DNA of 64,000 nt, taken from contig OZ241993.1 of NCBI GenBank assembly GCA_965204575.1, forward strand, positions 1,216,001-1,280,000, read 5' to 3'. Positions 42,155 to 52,312 of this stretch are shown piece by piece. Within the stretch, counting starts at the first letter, position 1; each line of letters opens with the position of its first letter. Made by a program: the position numbers and the translations under genes. A model generated the notes under the pieces. That model saw only the letters and a list, made by a program, of their open reading frames with translations. It was not told the origin of the DNA and made no database searches. Source of the stretch: an uncultured candidatus Porisulfidus sp. (GTDB lineage Bacteria > Pseudomonadota > Gammaproteobacteria > Poriferisulfidales > Poriferisulfidaceae).

Positions 42155-42729
42155 GCGCTGTTCTCGGCCTGGGCTCCGGCCCCTGGATGGGGCGCGATGG
42201 TTCCGGTATGCACCCGGCCGTTGCCGGGCCCGTGTTCCAAGTACAGTTCAAGGTTCGCCCGGATGACGTCGAAGGCGATGGCGTCCCAGGGGATTTCGTC
42301 TGGTGCGACCAGTTCGGTCTGGGAGGATTCCGGGCCGGGCTCCGCCTTGCCGCCGACCAGCGTCCCGCAATACATGGAGTAGATCTGCGAAATATGCGGG
42401 AGGCTGTACATGGAGAACAGCTGGATGTCCTCGATTGCCGCATTGGCTTCCTCCATGCACTCGCGGCGGGCGCATTCCTCGACCGTCTCATGGTTTTCCA
42501 TGAAGCCGGCGGGGAGCGTCCACAATCCGAACTTGGGTTTAATGGCGCGCTTGCACAACAGGATTTTCCCCTCCCATTCCAGAATGGCACCGGCGACCAT
42601 CAACGGATTTTGGTAGATGATGTAGCCGCAGCGCCCGCACACGTTCCGGCGTTTGGTGTCGCCGGGCGGAATCCGGTATTCGAGGCTGCCGGCGCCGCAC
42701 TGCGGGCAGTAGAGGGGTTTGGCGTACAT
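42151..42729 (-). CDS. Zinc-ribbon Nudix hydrolase
   Basis: CPQCG...CGRCG, YQNP and WTLPAGFME...ECMEEA motifs. Confidence 0.92.
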   Translation of the reverse strand: MYAKPLYCPQCGAGSLEYRIPPGDTKRRNVCGRCGYIIYQNPLMVAGAILEWEGKILLCKRAIKPKFGLWTLPAGFMENHETVEECARRECMEEANAAIEDIQLFSMYSLPHISQIYSMYCGTLVGGKAEPGPESSQTELVAPDEIPWDAIAFDVIRANLELYLEHGPGNGRVHTGTIAPHPGAGAQAENSA

Positions 42730-42742
42730 GGGGTCTCCCGTA

Positions 42743-43585
42743 TCAGGTGTTTCCGGTGGCGATGGGACGTGCAGGGTCCCGAATCCATTCGCTCCACGAG
42801 CCGACGTATAGCCGGCCCGGTTCCAGCCCGGCATGCGCCATGGCCAGGAAGTTGTGACAGGCGGTGACGCCGGAACCGCATGAGTGACAGACGGGCCGGG
42901 GATCGTCGGCCAGCGGTTCAAACCGCTGGCGCAGGGCTTCCAGCGGTTTGAAACATCCGTTTTCGTCAAGATTTTCCTGGAACGGCAGGTTCCGGGAGCC
43001 GGGGATGTGCCCGCCTACGGCATCAAGTGGCTCGTACTGCCCGGAAAACCGCTCGGGTGCGCGTGCGTCGATGAGTTGAACCCGATCCTGGTCCAGGGAG
43101 TCCACCACGGCCTCGGTGGTCAGCCACAGGTCTTCCTGCGGTGAGGCAGCATAGGGAGTTTCCGACTCAGGCGGTATCTCGTCCGACACCGGACGGCCTT
43201 CACGCATCCACTTGGGCCAGCCGCCGTTGAGCAGGGCGGCGTTCGAATGCCCGGACCAGCGCAGCAGCCACCACATTCGTCCGGCGATCGCCCCGCCCAT
43301 GTCGTCGTAGACCACGACCTGTGAATCCGCCTGGATGCCCCAGGCTCCAAGCCGGGCTGCAAATGCGTCGATGGCGGGCAGCGGGTGCCGGCCGCTGTTT
43401 TCGTTAGCATGGGAAGCCATGTCGTCGTCAAGATGCGCATAGTGCGCGCCTGGGACGTGACTTTCCCGCCACGCCTCGCGGCCGGCCTCCGGACGCTTGA
43501 GGTTGAAGCGGCAATCCAGCACGACCAACTCGGGTGTCCCAAGCAGGTCCGCTAACTGCGCCGTCTCAATCAGGGTCGAATACAT
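42743..43585 (-). CDS. sseA: Tandem-domain rhodanese / 3-mercaptopyruvate sulfurtransferase
   Basis: GRHPLP, IDAR, GHIPG, CGSGVTA and YVGSWSEW motifs. Confidence 0.9.
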   Translation of the reverse strand: MYSTLIETAQLADLLGTPELVVLDCRFNLKRPEAGREAWRESHVPGAHYAHLDDDMASHANENSGRHPLPAIDAFAARLGAWGIQADSQVVVYDDMGGAIAGRMWWLLRWSGHSNAALLNGGWPKWMREGRPVSDEIPPESETPYAASPQEDLWLTTEAVVDSLDQDRVQLIDARAPERFSGQYEPLDAVGGHIPGSRNLPFQENLDENGCFKPLEALRQRFEPLADDPRPVCHSCGSGVTACHNFLAMAHAGLEPGRLYVGSWSEWIRDPARPIATGNT

Positions 43586-43675
43586 AATGTTGTCCCTCGC
43601 GATCACCCGGAAGATTTACGCATCGAAAATCAGAGAATGACAAGTGCCAGCAATTATAGCGACTGTTCCTCGCGG

Positions 43676-44668
43676 CTACGTGAACGCGGTGAAAATCGCC
43701 CTCTCCGGGGCTGGAAACCCCTCGACGGTACGGGTCGAATCCTCCGGATTCAGAGAGTCCTGGAGTGAATGGAACGGCATCCAGTCAGTCGTGCGTTGCT
43801 CTTCGACCGTGGTTGCGGCCCGGTTCGCGCAGCGGGGAGACTGGAAGCCGGCTTCGTCCAGCAGTCGAAGGATGTGGTCGGGGTGCAGCAGGGCCCAGAC
43901 GTTGCGCATATTGGCGTAGCGCCCCTCGATCGGGAGCATGCCGGACGCGGGCGTTTCCTCGCTGACCAGCGTCTCGAGCACCAGTTCGCCGCCCGGTTCC
44001 AGATACCGGCGGAGTTGCTGCAGGTGTTCCCGGGGATCCCGCCGGTGATGCAGCACGCCCATCGAGAAGATGCTGTCGAACGGGCCCTCGGGCAGGTCCT
44101 CGAACCGGGCCGGGATCATCCAGGCGGGAAGCTTAGGCGGCAAAAAGCGTGTCAACGCGGCGAACTGCCAGTTCGCGAGCCAGTTCGAATCCACGCCCAG
44201 GGCAAGGCGGGCACCGAGTCCGACCATACGCAGCAGGTAGTAGCCGTTGCCGCTCCCCACATCCAGGATCCGGCGTCCCTCCAGACCGGAAATATGGGGA
44301 AGGACGCGGTTCCATTTCATGAAACTCCGCCATTCCGCATCGACGGAGACGCCGAACACGGAAAAGGGGCCCTTGCGCCAGGGCACGAGTTCCCGAAGCC
44401 CGGAGGCCAGGCCGGCCTGCTGTTCGGCATCCATCTCTTCCGGCGCGCCGATCTCCGGCTGGTCGGCATTCAGTTCGACATGCCGGGCCTGGCACCGGGG
44501 CAGGGCGTGGACGGCCGCTTGCCAGCGCGGGAAATCCCCGTGTTCCGGATGTGCCCACCGCTGTGCGGAGAGATCCAGCCATTCGCCCAGATCACACGAC
44601 TGCAGGAGCTCGGTCAGTCCGGCGTCGCGTTCCGGCGTATGGCCAGCATGGAGGTGAAGTGAAGGCAT
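43676..44668 (-). CDS. cmoB: tRNA U34 carboxymethyltransferase (start approximate)
   Basis: PWRKGPF, DAEWRS, LDVGSGNGY, SMGVLHH, RYANMRNV and EQRTTDWM motifs. Confidence 0.94.
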   Translation of the reverse strand: MPSLHLHAGHTPERDAGLTELLQSCDLGEWLDLSAQRWAHPEHGDFPRWQAAVHALPRCQARHVELNADQPEIGAPEEMDAEQQAGLASGLRELVPWRKGPFSVFGVSVDAEWRSFMKWNRVLPHISGLEGRRILDVGSGNGYYLLRMVGLGARLALGVDSNWLANWQFAALTRFLPPKLPAWMIPARFEDLPEGPFDSIFSMGVLHHRRDPREHLQQLRRYLEPGGELVLETLVSEETPASGMLPIEGRYANMRNVWALLHPDHILRLLDEAGFQSPRCANRAATTVEEQRTTDWMPFHSLQDSLNPEDSTRTVEGFPAPERAIFTAFT

Positions 44669-45369
44669 TGGAACCATACGGTAACGGGATCGAATCCGGC
44701 TGCCGCCAGGCGTTCGCGGTGGGCGGGCAGCGAGTCGCGCACCAGCACCCGCTCCAGGGCGGTGCGTTTCTGGCTGATTTCCAGTTCGCTGTAGCCCTGG
44801 GCGCGCTTGAAGTCCTCGTACCGCTTCTGGACGAGACTTTCCGCCGGTTCGTCGAACCGGATTTTTTCGGTCAGGATCAATGCCCCGCCCGGGCGCAGGG
44901 CTCGGGCGACCCGCTGCAGCAATGGCAAACGGTCTTCCGGCGGCAGGAATTGCAGGGTCAGGCTGAGGACGACCACGTCGGCCGATTCCAGTTCGACTTT
45001 CCGGATATCTGCGCAGCGGTACCGCACGGGCAAGCCGGACACGTGGGGGCAACGCGCAATCATGTCCGGCGATGAATCGATGGCCAGTATCGGATGCGTC
45101 GTACCCAGCCGCGTACTCAGCGCACGCGTTACGGTGCCAAGGGAACAACCCAGGTCGTAGCAGGTCGCGCCGGCCTGCGCGTACCTCCCGCCCAGCACGG
45201 CGGTGCCGTGGACGAGGCTGGCGTATCCCGGGACCGAGCGTTCGACCATGTCTTGGAAGACATCGGCAACCTCCGCATCGAAGCGGAATCGCTCCGCATC
45301 GCGGGGCGCGGCGTACAGCGAATCGGGAGCGAGGCCCGGGGATTCCGGCTCGGGCTCCTCCGGCGTCAT
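44614..45369 (-). CDS. cmoA: Carboxy-SAM synthase
   Basis: FRFDAEVADVF, RSVPGY, YDLGCSLG, TLQF, YSELEISQKR and WFQC motifs. Confidence 0.95.
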   Translation of the reverse strand: MTPEEPEPESPGLAPDSLYAAPRDAERFRFDAEVADVFQDMVERSVPGYASLVHGTAVLGGRYAQAGATCYDLGCSLGTVTRALSTRLGTTHPILAIDSSPDMIARCPHVSGLPVRYRCADIRKVELESADVVVLSLTLQFLPPEDRLPLLQRVARALRPGGALILTEKIRFDEPAESLVQKRYEDFKRAQGYSELEISQKRTALERVLVRDSLPAHRERLAAAGFDPVTVWFQCLHFTSMLAIRRNATPD

Positions 45370-46628
45370 ACGGAGAAAGGCAGCAGTTTCTTCGGTACCG
45401 CGATGTTTTTCAGGGTCGCATATTCCGGCAATCCGCCCTTGAACGGGGGAGGGCTCTCGCCCCGGACCAGTGGCGCCAGGTAGGTCCGGCATCGGCCGGT
45501 GATGCGGAAACCGTTGCGGCTGATGTAGCTGCGCGGCATCTTCCGTTCGCGGTTGGCCACCCGGGACAGGGCGACCTGCCCGATCTTCCAGCGGTACGGC
45601 CTGTTGGAGGTGCGCACGATGGTGGGCATGATCGCGGTTTGTCCGGCCAAGGCGAATCGGACCGCGGCGCGGCCGACCGCATAGGCCTGCCTCAGGTCGG
45701 TCTTCGAGGCGATGTGACGGGCTGAGCGCTGCAGGTAATCGGCCACGGCCCAGTGGTACTTGTAGCCCAGTTTCTCCTTGACCATCTGCGCGAGGATCAC
45801 GGCGTTCCCGCCGAGCTGCGCATGGCCGAACACGTCCCGGGTGCCGGCTTCGGCCAGGAACTTCCCGTCCTTGGTGCGCACGCCTTCGGAGGCGACGATG
45901 GCGCAATACCCGAAACGCTTGACGCAATGGTCGACCCGGGCCAGAAAGACTTCGGGGTTGAACGGGATCTCCGGAAACAGGATCAGGTGCGGAGGCTCGG
46001 AGGGAGATCGCGAGGCCAGGCCGCCGGCCGCGGCGATCCAACCCGCGTGACGCCCCATCACCTCCAGGATGAAGACCTTGGTCGACGTAGCCGCCATGCA
46101 GGCGACGTCCAGTCCTGCTTCACGGATCGAAGTGGCCACGTACTTCGCGACCGAGCCGAACCCCGGGCAGTTGTCGGTGACCGGCAGGTCGTTGTCGACG
46201 GTCTTCGGGATGCCGATGCAGCGGATGGGGTAGCCGAGCCGGTCGGCGAGCTGGGAGACCTTCCACGCGGTGTCCTGCGAGTCCCCGCCGCCGTTGTAGA
46301 AGAAGTAGCCGATGTCGTGCGCGCTGAACACCTCGATCAGGCGTTCGTACTGGGCCTGGTTCTCCTCCAGTCCCTTGAGCTTGTAGCGGCAGGAGCCGAA
46401 TGCGGCGCCGGGGGTGTGGCGCAGTGCGGCGATGGTGCGGGCGGTTTCGCGGTGGGTGTCGATCAGATCCTCGGTCAGTGCGCCGAGGATGCCGTTGCGC
46501 CCGGCATAGACCCGGCCGATGCGCGAGCGGTTCGCCCGGGCCGTCTCGATCACGCCGCAGGCCGAGGCGTTGATGACCGAGGTCGGCCCGCCGGACTGGG
46601 CATAGAAGGCGTTGCGGCGCGTGGTCAC
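45366..46628 (-). CDS. pfp: Phosphofructokinase, probably PPi-dependent
   Basis: AQSGG, GGGDS (Asp typical of PPi users), PKTVDND and EVMGR motifs; GTG start at 46628. Confidence 0.88.
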   Translation of the reverse strand: MTTRRNAFYAQSGGPTSVINASACGVIETARANRSRIGRVYAGRNGILGALTEDLIDTHRETARTIAALRHTPGAAFGSCRYKLKGLEENQAQYERLIEVFSAHDIGYFFYNGGGDSQDTAWKVSQLADRLGYPIRCIGIPKTVDNDLPVTDNCPGFGSVAKYVATSIREAGLDVACMAATSTKVFILEVMGRHAGWIAAAGGLASRSPSEPPHLILFPEIPFNPEVFLARVDHCVKRFGYCAIVASEGVRTKDGKFLAEAGTRDVFGHAQLGGNAVILAQMVKEKLGYKYHWAVADYLQRSARHIASKTDLRQAYAVGRAAVRFALAGQTAIMPTIVRTSNRPYRWKIGQVALSRVANRERKMPRSYISRNGFRITGRCRTYLAPLVRGESPPPFKGGLPEYATLKNIAVPKKLLPFSV

Positions 46629-46644
46629 GATGGGGCGGGATGCG

Positions 46645-47823
46645 CTACAACTGGCGCAGTTCGTCCGACACGGCCATCGGCGACGGATAGAACATGACAA
46701 TCCAGTAGGAAGAGATGATGAACGTGAACAGGGTGGTGGTCTGGATGACGTAGGAGGCGTTCTCGCTGATGACGCCGCCGGCCAGCGCCAGCACCGCGAT
46801 CAGCAGGGAGAACTCGCTGACGTTCGCCAGTCGCACGCCGACCGCGTGGGCGCGCTTCGTCTTCTCCCCTGCCCGGACCAGCAGGGCGCGGAACATCCAA
46901 GGCTTGCTGGCCATCACGAACGCGGTCAACAGCACCGCCGGGATCAGCACGTCCATCAGGATGTGCCAGTTGTATCCGGCGCCGACGGCGAAGAAGAAAA
47001 TGACCAGGAAGAAGTCGCGCAGGGGCTTGAGCACTTCCGCCACGAATTTCGCGATCGGGCTCGAGGCCACCGCGACCCCGGCGATGAACGCGCCGGTTTC
47101 CGCCGACAGGCCGAGCACGGCGGCGAGTTCCGCCACGCCCAGGCACCAGCCGATGACCAGTAGGAAAATATATTCCTGGATCTGGTCGAAACGGGCGAAC
47201 AGCGGAGTGAGCACGTAGCGCTGGAACAGCAGTGCGAATGCGGCGAGCAGGGGCAGGCTCAGGAGTACAAAGAGGATTTCCCATGCGCCGGTGCCGGCTC
47301 CTCCACCGCCGGAGGACATCAGCTCGATCAGGATCAGGATGATGATGGCGAGCAGGTCCTGCAGGAGCAGGATGCTGATCATCAGTTCGCCCGTGATCTG
47401 GTGGTGCAGGACTGTGGTCGGCAGGAGTTTCAGTCCGATGATGGTGCTGGAGAACATCATGGCGGCGCCGATGAAGGCGCAGTCGAGCAGGGAGAAGCCG
47501 AGCGCGTAGCAGATCGCGCCGCCGCCCACCGCGAAGAACCCGGAGGTGGCGCCGGTGATGACGGCGGTCTTGCGGAACAGGTGCAGCAGTTTCTGCGGTT
47601 CCAGGTTGAGGCCCAGCAGGAACAGCAGGAACATGATGCCGATGTGCGCCACGTTCTCGACCATTTGCGTGTCCGCCACCAGCCCTGCGCCGAACGGCCC
47701 CACAATCAGGCCGAGCAGGATGTACGCGATCAGCATCGTCTGACGCGCAAACAGGGAGAGGGTGGCCAGAACGGCCGCGCCCGTGAAAATCAAGAAGATC
47801 GTAAAGACGACGTCGGTAGTCAC
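46645..47823 (-). CDS. CPA2-family cation:proton antiporter
   Basis: GLIVGP, SSTII, LLLQD, GAFIAG and SEFS motifs; multi-TM; no TrkA domain. Confidence 0.9.
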   Translation of the reverse strand: MTTDVVFTIFLIFTGAAVLATLSLFARQTMLIAYILLGLIVGPFGAGLVADTQMVENVAHIGIMFLLFLLGLNLEPQKLLHLFRKTAVITGATSGFFAVGGGAICYALGFSLLDCAFIGAAMMFSSTIIGLKLLPTTVLHHQITGELMISILLLQDLLAIIILILIELMSSGGGGAGTGAWEILFVLLSLPLLAAFALLFQRYVLTPLFARFDQIQEYIFLLVIGWCLGVAELAAVLGLSAETGAFIAGVAVASSPIAKFVAEVLKPLRDFFLVIFFFAVGAGYNWHILMDVLIPAVLLTAFVMASKPWMFRALLVRAGEKTKRAHAVGVRLANVSEFSLLIAVLALAGGVISENASYVIQTTTLFTFIISSYWIVMFYPSPMAVSDELRQL

Positions 47824-47937
47824 GGATTTGTTTTTATATTGCCGGGCGACCGCATTTTAGCAGTAGGGGGGCATGAGATGAATGTCGGAGTATGATTATC
47901 TGACGCTTAGGAATGATTTGCTTGGCTTGTCACGATA

Positions 47938-49125
47938 ATGCCGCCCAAACGAAGGTTCTATTCTGGCAAGAATTACAGGCGAGCCTGTTCAGTCGAGGAA
48001 CTGCGAGAGATTGCGTACCGACGCACGCCGTACTTCGCGATGGAGTATGTCGAGGGTGGCGCGGAAGACGAAAGGTCTCTCACGCGCAACCGGGAAGTCT
48101 TGCGCGACATCCATTTCGTGCCGAACGTGCTGGTCGACACCAGCGGTCGACACCAGCGAATCAATTTGTTCGGGAGGGAATCCGACTCCCCCCTCGCCAT
48201 TTGCCCCACCGGCCTCAACGGCATGCTGTGTCGCGATGCGGACGTGGCTTTGGCGCGGGCGGCGGAGAAACACGGCATCCCGTTCTGCCTGGGGACGCTC
48301 TCGACGACCCGCCTGGAACGAGTTGCGCAGGAAGCCCATGGACGGCTGTGGATGCAGTTGTACGCCATGACCCAGCGCGAGATCACGCAGGATATCCTGA
48401 ACCGCGCGGAAGAGGCCGGATATGAGGCACTGGTGTTCACCGTGGATTCCAACGTCTTCGGGAACCGGGAATGGGACCGCCGCAGTTACCGTGCCCCGGC
48501 GAAACTGACCTTGCGTAACATGCTGGATGTGGCGCGGCACCCCCGGTGGGTGTGGGACGTCTTGGTCCCGCACGGCATCCCTCGCTTCGAGAACATCGTG
48601 GATTTCATGCCGCCGGAGGCGAAAAGCGCGGATGCAGGGGTGGCAATCGTGACCAAGCTGTTTGCACCCGACATCACCTGGAAGGACGTGGAGTGGCTGC
48701 GCAGGAAATGGCCGCGGAAACTCATCGTCAAGGGCATCTTGTCCCCTGCAGATGCAGTCCGGGCCGTCGAGGCCGGCTGCGATGGCCTCGTCGTCAGCAA
48801 TCATGGGGGGCGGCAACTGGACAGCAGTATCTCGTCCATCGAGGCGCTTCCCGGCATTGCAGCGCAAGTGGGTGGGAAGGCGGCGATTCTCGTGGACAGC
48901 GGCTTCCGGCGTGGCACGGATATCGTGAAGGCGCTGGCGTTGGGCGCGGACACGGTCATGGTCGGGCGCGCCACGCTGTTCGGCTTGGCGGCCGGCGGGG
49001 AGACTGGAGCCGGCTACGCGCTTTCGATCTTGGCCGAGGAAATCGACCGCACGCTGGGCCAACTGGGATGCCGCTCGGTCTCCGAACTCGGCCCGCATCT
49101 TCTGAAGTGTCCATTCGAGGTCTGA
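47938..49125 (+). CDS. FMN-dependent alpha-hydroxy-acid dehydrogenase (LldD/MdlB family)
   Basis: WMQLY, FTVD, VKGI, SNHGGRQLD and DSGFRRG motifs. Confidence 0.93.
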   Translation: MPPKRRFYSGKNYRRACSVEELREIAYRRTPYFAMEYVEGGAEDERSLTRNREVLRDIHFVPNVLVDTSGRHQRINLFGRESDSPLAICPTGLNGMLCRDADVALARAAEKHGIPFCLGTLSTTRLERVAQEAHGRLWMQLYAMTQREITQDILNRAEEAGYEALVFTVDSNVFGNREWDRRSYRAPAKLTLRNMLDVARHPRWVWDVLVPHGIPRFENIVDFMPPEAKSADAGVAIVTKLFAPDITWKDVEWLRRKWPRKLIVKGILSPADAVRAVEAGCDGLVVSNHGGRQLDSSISSIEALPGIAAQVGGKAAILVDSGFRRGTDIVKALALGADTVMVGRATLFGLAAGGETGAGYALSILAEEIDRTLGQLGCRSVSELGPHLLKCPFEV

Positions 49126-49132
49126 GAGCGGC

Positions 49133-49693
49133 ATGCATATCGATACCGGGAGCGGACGTCTTCGCGAGGCACGGCAAGTGGAATCGCCGAACCGTGACGG
49201 TCGGCCGGAGGGTTGCGGCATCGACTTGGTGGTCATTCACGGCATCAGCCTCCCGCCGGGGGAGTTCGGCTCGGACGACATCGAGCGCCTGTTCACGAAC
49301 ACGCTGGACCCGGATGCCCATCCATTCTTCCGGGAAATTAAGGATCTGCGCGTGTCGGCGCACCTGCTGGTCCGCCGCGACGGGGAACTGGTGCAGTTCG
49401 TGCCGTTCCATGAACGCGCCTGGCATGCCGGGGAATCTCGCTTCGAGGGGCGGGAGCAGTGCAACGACTTTTCAATCGGCATCGAATTGGAAGGCACGGA
49501 CGAGCAGCCGTACGAAACGGTGCAGGTCGAAACACTGGCCGAAGTGATCCGGGCTTTATGCGAGGCGTATCCCGGGCTGACCCCGGAGAGGGTGGTGGGG
49601 CACAGCGACGTTTCACCAGAACGCAAGACCGACCCGGGGCCGTATTTCGACTGGGACGGTCTTCGGGCCTTGCTAGCCGGCTCTGGGCTTTAA
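49133..49693 (+). CDS. ampD: 1,6-anhydro-N-acetylmuramoyl-L-alanine amidase
   Basis: [25 protein letters not shown] and [13 protein letters not shown] motifs. Confidence 0.96.
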   Translation: MHIDTGSGRLREARQVESPNRDGRPEGCGIDLVVIHGISLPPGEFGSDDIERLFTNTLDPDAHPFFREIKDLRVSAHLLVRRDGELVQFVPFHERAWHAGESRFEGREQCNDFSIGIELEGTDEQPYETVQVETLAEVIRALCEAYPGLTPERVVGHSDVSPERKTDPGPYFDWDGLRALLAGSGL

Positions 49694-50071
49694 CCGTAGC
49701 GAGACGGAGTTGATGCAGTAGCGCAGGCCGCCGGGCGCCGGGCCGTCCGGAAAGACATGGCCCAGATGCGCGTCGCAACGCGCGCACAGGATTTCGGTGC
49801 GGATCATGCCGTAGCTCGAGTCCGTCTGCTCATCCAGGCATTGTGTATCGACAGGCCGGGTGAAGCTTGGCCAGCCCGTCCCGGAGTCGAACTTGTCCTG
49901 CGAGTCGAACAGGGGCTGCCCGCAGCAGGCGCAGAGATACACGCCGTCTTCCTTGCAGTTCCAGTAGTCTCCCTGGAAGGGGCGCTCGGTGCCCTTGCGG
50001 CGGCATACGGCGAACTGCTCGGTGCTTAATTCCGCTCGCCATTCGGCCTCGCTGCGTTGCAGTTTCTCCAT
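49673..50071 (-). CDS. msrB: Peptide-methionine (R)-S-oxide reductase
   Basis: GTERPF, GWPSF, HLGHVF and RYCINS motifs. Confidence 0.96.
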   Translation of the reverse strand: MEKLQRSEAEWRAELSTEQFAVCRRKGTERPFQGDYWNCKEDGVYLCACCGQPLFDSQDKFDSGTGWPSFTRPVDTQCLDEQTDSSYGMIRTEILCARCDAHLGHVFPDGPAPGGLRYCINSVSLRLKPRAG

Positions 50072-50175
50072 TTCGCCACTATACCGGATGCGAAAGCGAC
50101 CGGGGAGTCACGGACACCTCTTGCGGTACAATGTCGCCTGTTCCGACCTACGCACCAATAGATGAGGAGAACGCT

Positions 50176-50256
50176 ATGAGTGGATGGGCTTGGATGGCGA
50201 TCGGCGCCACCGTCCTTGCCGTGGTGATCATGCAGATCGCCATGCGTATCAAGTAA
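50176..50256 (+). CDS. Putative 26-aa single-TM small protein
   Basis: AGGAG SD (50165-50169); MSGWAWMAIGATVLAVVIMQIAMRIK; GC3-biased codons; followed by hairpins. Confidence 0.6.
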   Translation: MSGWAWMAIGATVLAVVIMQIAMRIK

Positions 50257-50282
50257 CCCGGCTGAGATTCAGCCGCCTCCAC

Positions 50283-50308
50283 GAAAGGACGTGGTCATGC
50301 GTCCTTTC
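50283..50308 (+). terminator. Hairpin (possible terminator) between the small ORF and gshA
   Basis: GAAAGGACG/CGTCCTTTC 9-bp inverted repeat; weak U-tract. Confidence 0.35.
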
Positions 50309-50340
50309 CATATGGGTCCCGCGAAAACCCCAAGGCTGTC

Positions 50341-51915
50341 ATGCCTTTGAACGCTTCCCTTTTTCAGCAACGCCTAGAAGCATGGCGCCGGTCGTCCGAC
50401 CGCCACATTTTCCGCGACATCCGGATCGGGCTCGAACGGGAAGCCCTGCGCGTGGACGCGGAGGCGGGCCTGAGCCACGCATCTCACCCCGCAGCCTTGG
50501 GGTCGCCGCTGACTCACCCGCACATCACCACGGACTACTCGGAGGTGATGATCGAACTGGTCACGCCACCGGACACCCTGGAGGCATCCTATGCGTTCCT
50601 GGAGGATCTGCATCGCTACGTTCACGAACACCTGGGGGAAGAGCGGCTGTGGTGCGGAAGCATGCCCTGCGTCATCGCCGGGGATCCAGACATCCCGCTG
50701 GCGTACTACGGGGAATCCAACCCCGGCCGCATGAAGACCATCTACCGGCGCGGGTTGGGCTATCGGTACACCCGCTCGATGCAGGTGATTTCGGGCGTGC
50801 ACTTCAACTGTTCGATGCCGGCGGAATTCTGGCGTCAGGAACTCGGCGGACAACCCGACCCGGGCGGGATTTCCGAGCGTTACTTCGACGCCTTGCGCAA
50901 CCTGCTGCGGTTCGGCTGGCTCATCGCGTACTTGTTCGGCGCATCGCCCGCGATCTGCCGATCCTTCGTCCTCCAGAAACATGAAAGCCTCGACCTGTTC
51001 ACTCCCGGCACCTACTACGGCCCTGACGCGACTTCACTGCGCCAAGGCAGCATCGGCTACCAGAACAGCCAGGAGGCCAGCACCGGCGTGCATGCCGACT
51101 ACAACAGCCGGGCCGGCTATACCGAATCCCTGCGGGAGGCAACGGCCACGCCGTGTCCCCAGTACCAGGAGATCGGCGTCCGGCGCGATGGGGAGTACCT
51201 GCAGTTGAACGCCAACCAGTTGCAGATCGAAAACGAATACTACAGTCCGGTCCGCCCCAAATGCGTCCCGCAGGGCAATGAAAAACCGAGCCGGGGCCTG
51301 CGGCAGAGGGGCGTGGAATACCTGGAGCTCCGGTCGCTAGACATCGATCCGTTCGAGCCCTGCGGCATCGGGCCGGACGCGATGCGTTTCCTCACCGCCC
51401 TGGTGGTGTATTGTTTGCTGGACGACAGCCCCAAAATGTCCATGTCCGAACAGGCCGACGCCGACTACAACATGCAGCAGGTCGCGCACCTCGGGCGGGA
51501 TCTGGAAGTGACCCTGCGGCGCGGGAAGGCGGTCTCCTTGCGGGACTGGGCGGACGATCTGCTGGCAGACATCCGGCCGGTCTGCGAACTTTTGGACGAA
51601 GCGCACGGACAGACGATATTCCGGCAGGCTTGGGAGGTACAGGAAGCCAAGTTGCGGGACCCGGCACGGACGCCTTCGGGGCGCATGGTGTCGCAAATGG
51701 GCGAATCCGGGGACGCTTACGTGGAATGGGTGCTGAAACGTTCGCAGGAACACCGGGAATTCTTCGGGAACCGGCCGCCCGACCCGGAACTTCGCGCCCG
51801 CTTCGACCGGGTTGCCGAACAGTCCCGGCAGCAGCAGCAGGCCATCGAGGAAGCGGAGCGGGAATTCCCCCTGTCCTTCGAGGATTATCTGGCCGCTTAC
51901 GAGGCCCAGGCGTGA
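50341..51915 (+). CDS. gshA: Glutamate--cysteine ligase
   Basis: GLEREALR, ITTDYSE, SMPC, SGVHFN, LQIENEYY and YLELRSLD motifs. Confidence 0.96.
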   Translation: MPLNASLFQQRLEAWRRSSDRHIFRDIRIGLEREALRVDAEAGLSHASHPAALGSPLTHPHITTDYSEVMIELVTPPDTLEASYAFLEDLHRYVHEHLGEERLWCGSMPCVIAGDPDIPLAYYGESNPGRMKTIYRRGLGYRYTRSMQVISGVHFNCSMPAEFWRQELGGQPDPGGISERYFDALRNLLRFGWLIAYLFGASPAICRSFVLQKHESLDLFTPGTYYGPDATSLRQGSIGYQNSQEASTGVHADYNSRAGYTESLREATATPCPQYQEIGVRRDGEYLQLNANQLQIENEYYSPVRPKCVPQGNEKPSRGLRQRGVEYLELRSLDIDPFEPCGIGPDAMRFLTALVVYCLLDDSPKMSMSEQADADYNMQQVAHLGRDLEVTLRRGKAVSLRDWADDLLADIRPVCELLDEAHGQTIFRQAWEVQEAKLRDPARTPSGRMVSQMGESGDAYVEWVLKRSQEHREFFGNRPPDPELRARFDRVAEQSRQQQQAIEEAEREFPLSFEDYLAAYEAQA

Positions 51916-52304
51916 GTTATCGCATCCTGGATCCGCGAAACCTGCAGATCGACCGGGTCGACCAGGATGCGCAGCGGCTGGCACTTCGTTTCCTTGAGGC
52001 GAACATCGAGAAGATCATGGACAACGCCGAGCAACGTACCTTGTGGACGCAAGCGGGGTCTATTGAGATGTGGGATCCGAAGCTTTCGGCCGAGCTCCCG
52101 GCCGCGCCGTTCCAGGTCGTGCATGCGGACTTGGAAGACGGCCTGTATACCCAGCGTGACATGATCCGCATCCCGTCGGATGTGTCGGGAGAGATCATCC
52201 TGTCCCTGTGGCTTGAAGACCGGGACGAGCCGCTGCGCCTGCAAGGCTCGCGGATGTGCCTGTCCCTGGACGGCAACCCCCGCTACGTGCGGCATTTGGA
52301 CTAG
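51912..52304 (+). CDS. Hypothetical protein coupled to gshA
   Basis: GTGA overlap; 130-aa globular ORF filling the gap before djlA. Confidence 0.7.
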   Translation: MSYRILDPRNLQIDRVDQDAQRLALRFLEANIEKIMDNAEQRTLWTQAGSIEMWDPKLSAELPAAPFQVVHADLEDGLYTQRDMIRIPSDVSGEIILSLWLEDRDEPLRLQGSRMCLSLDGNPRYVRHLD

Positions 52305-52312
52305 GGGCGGCC

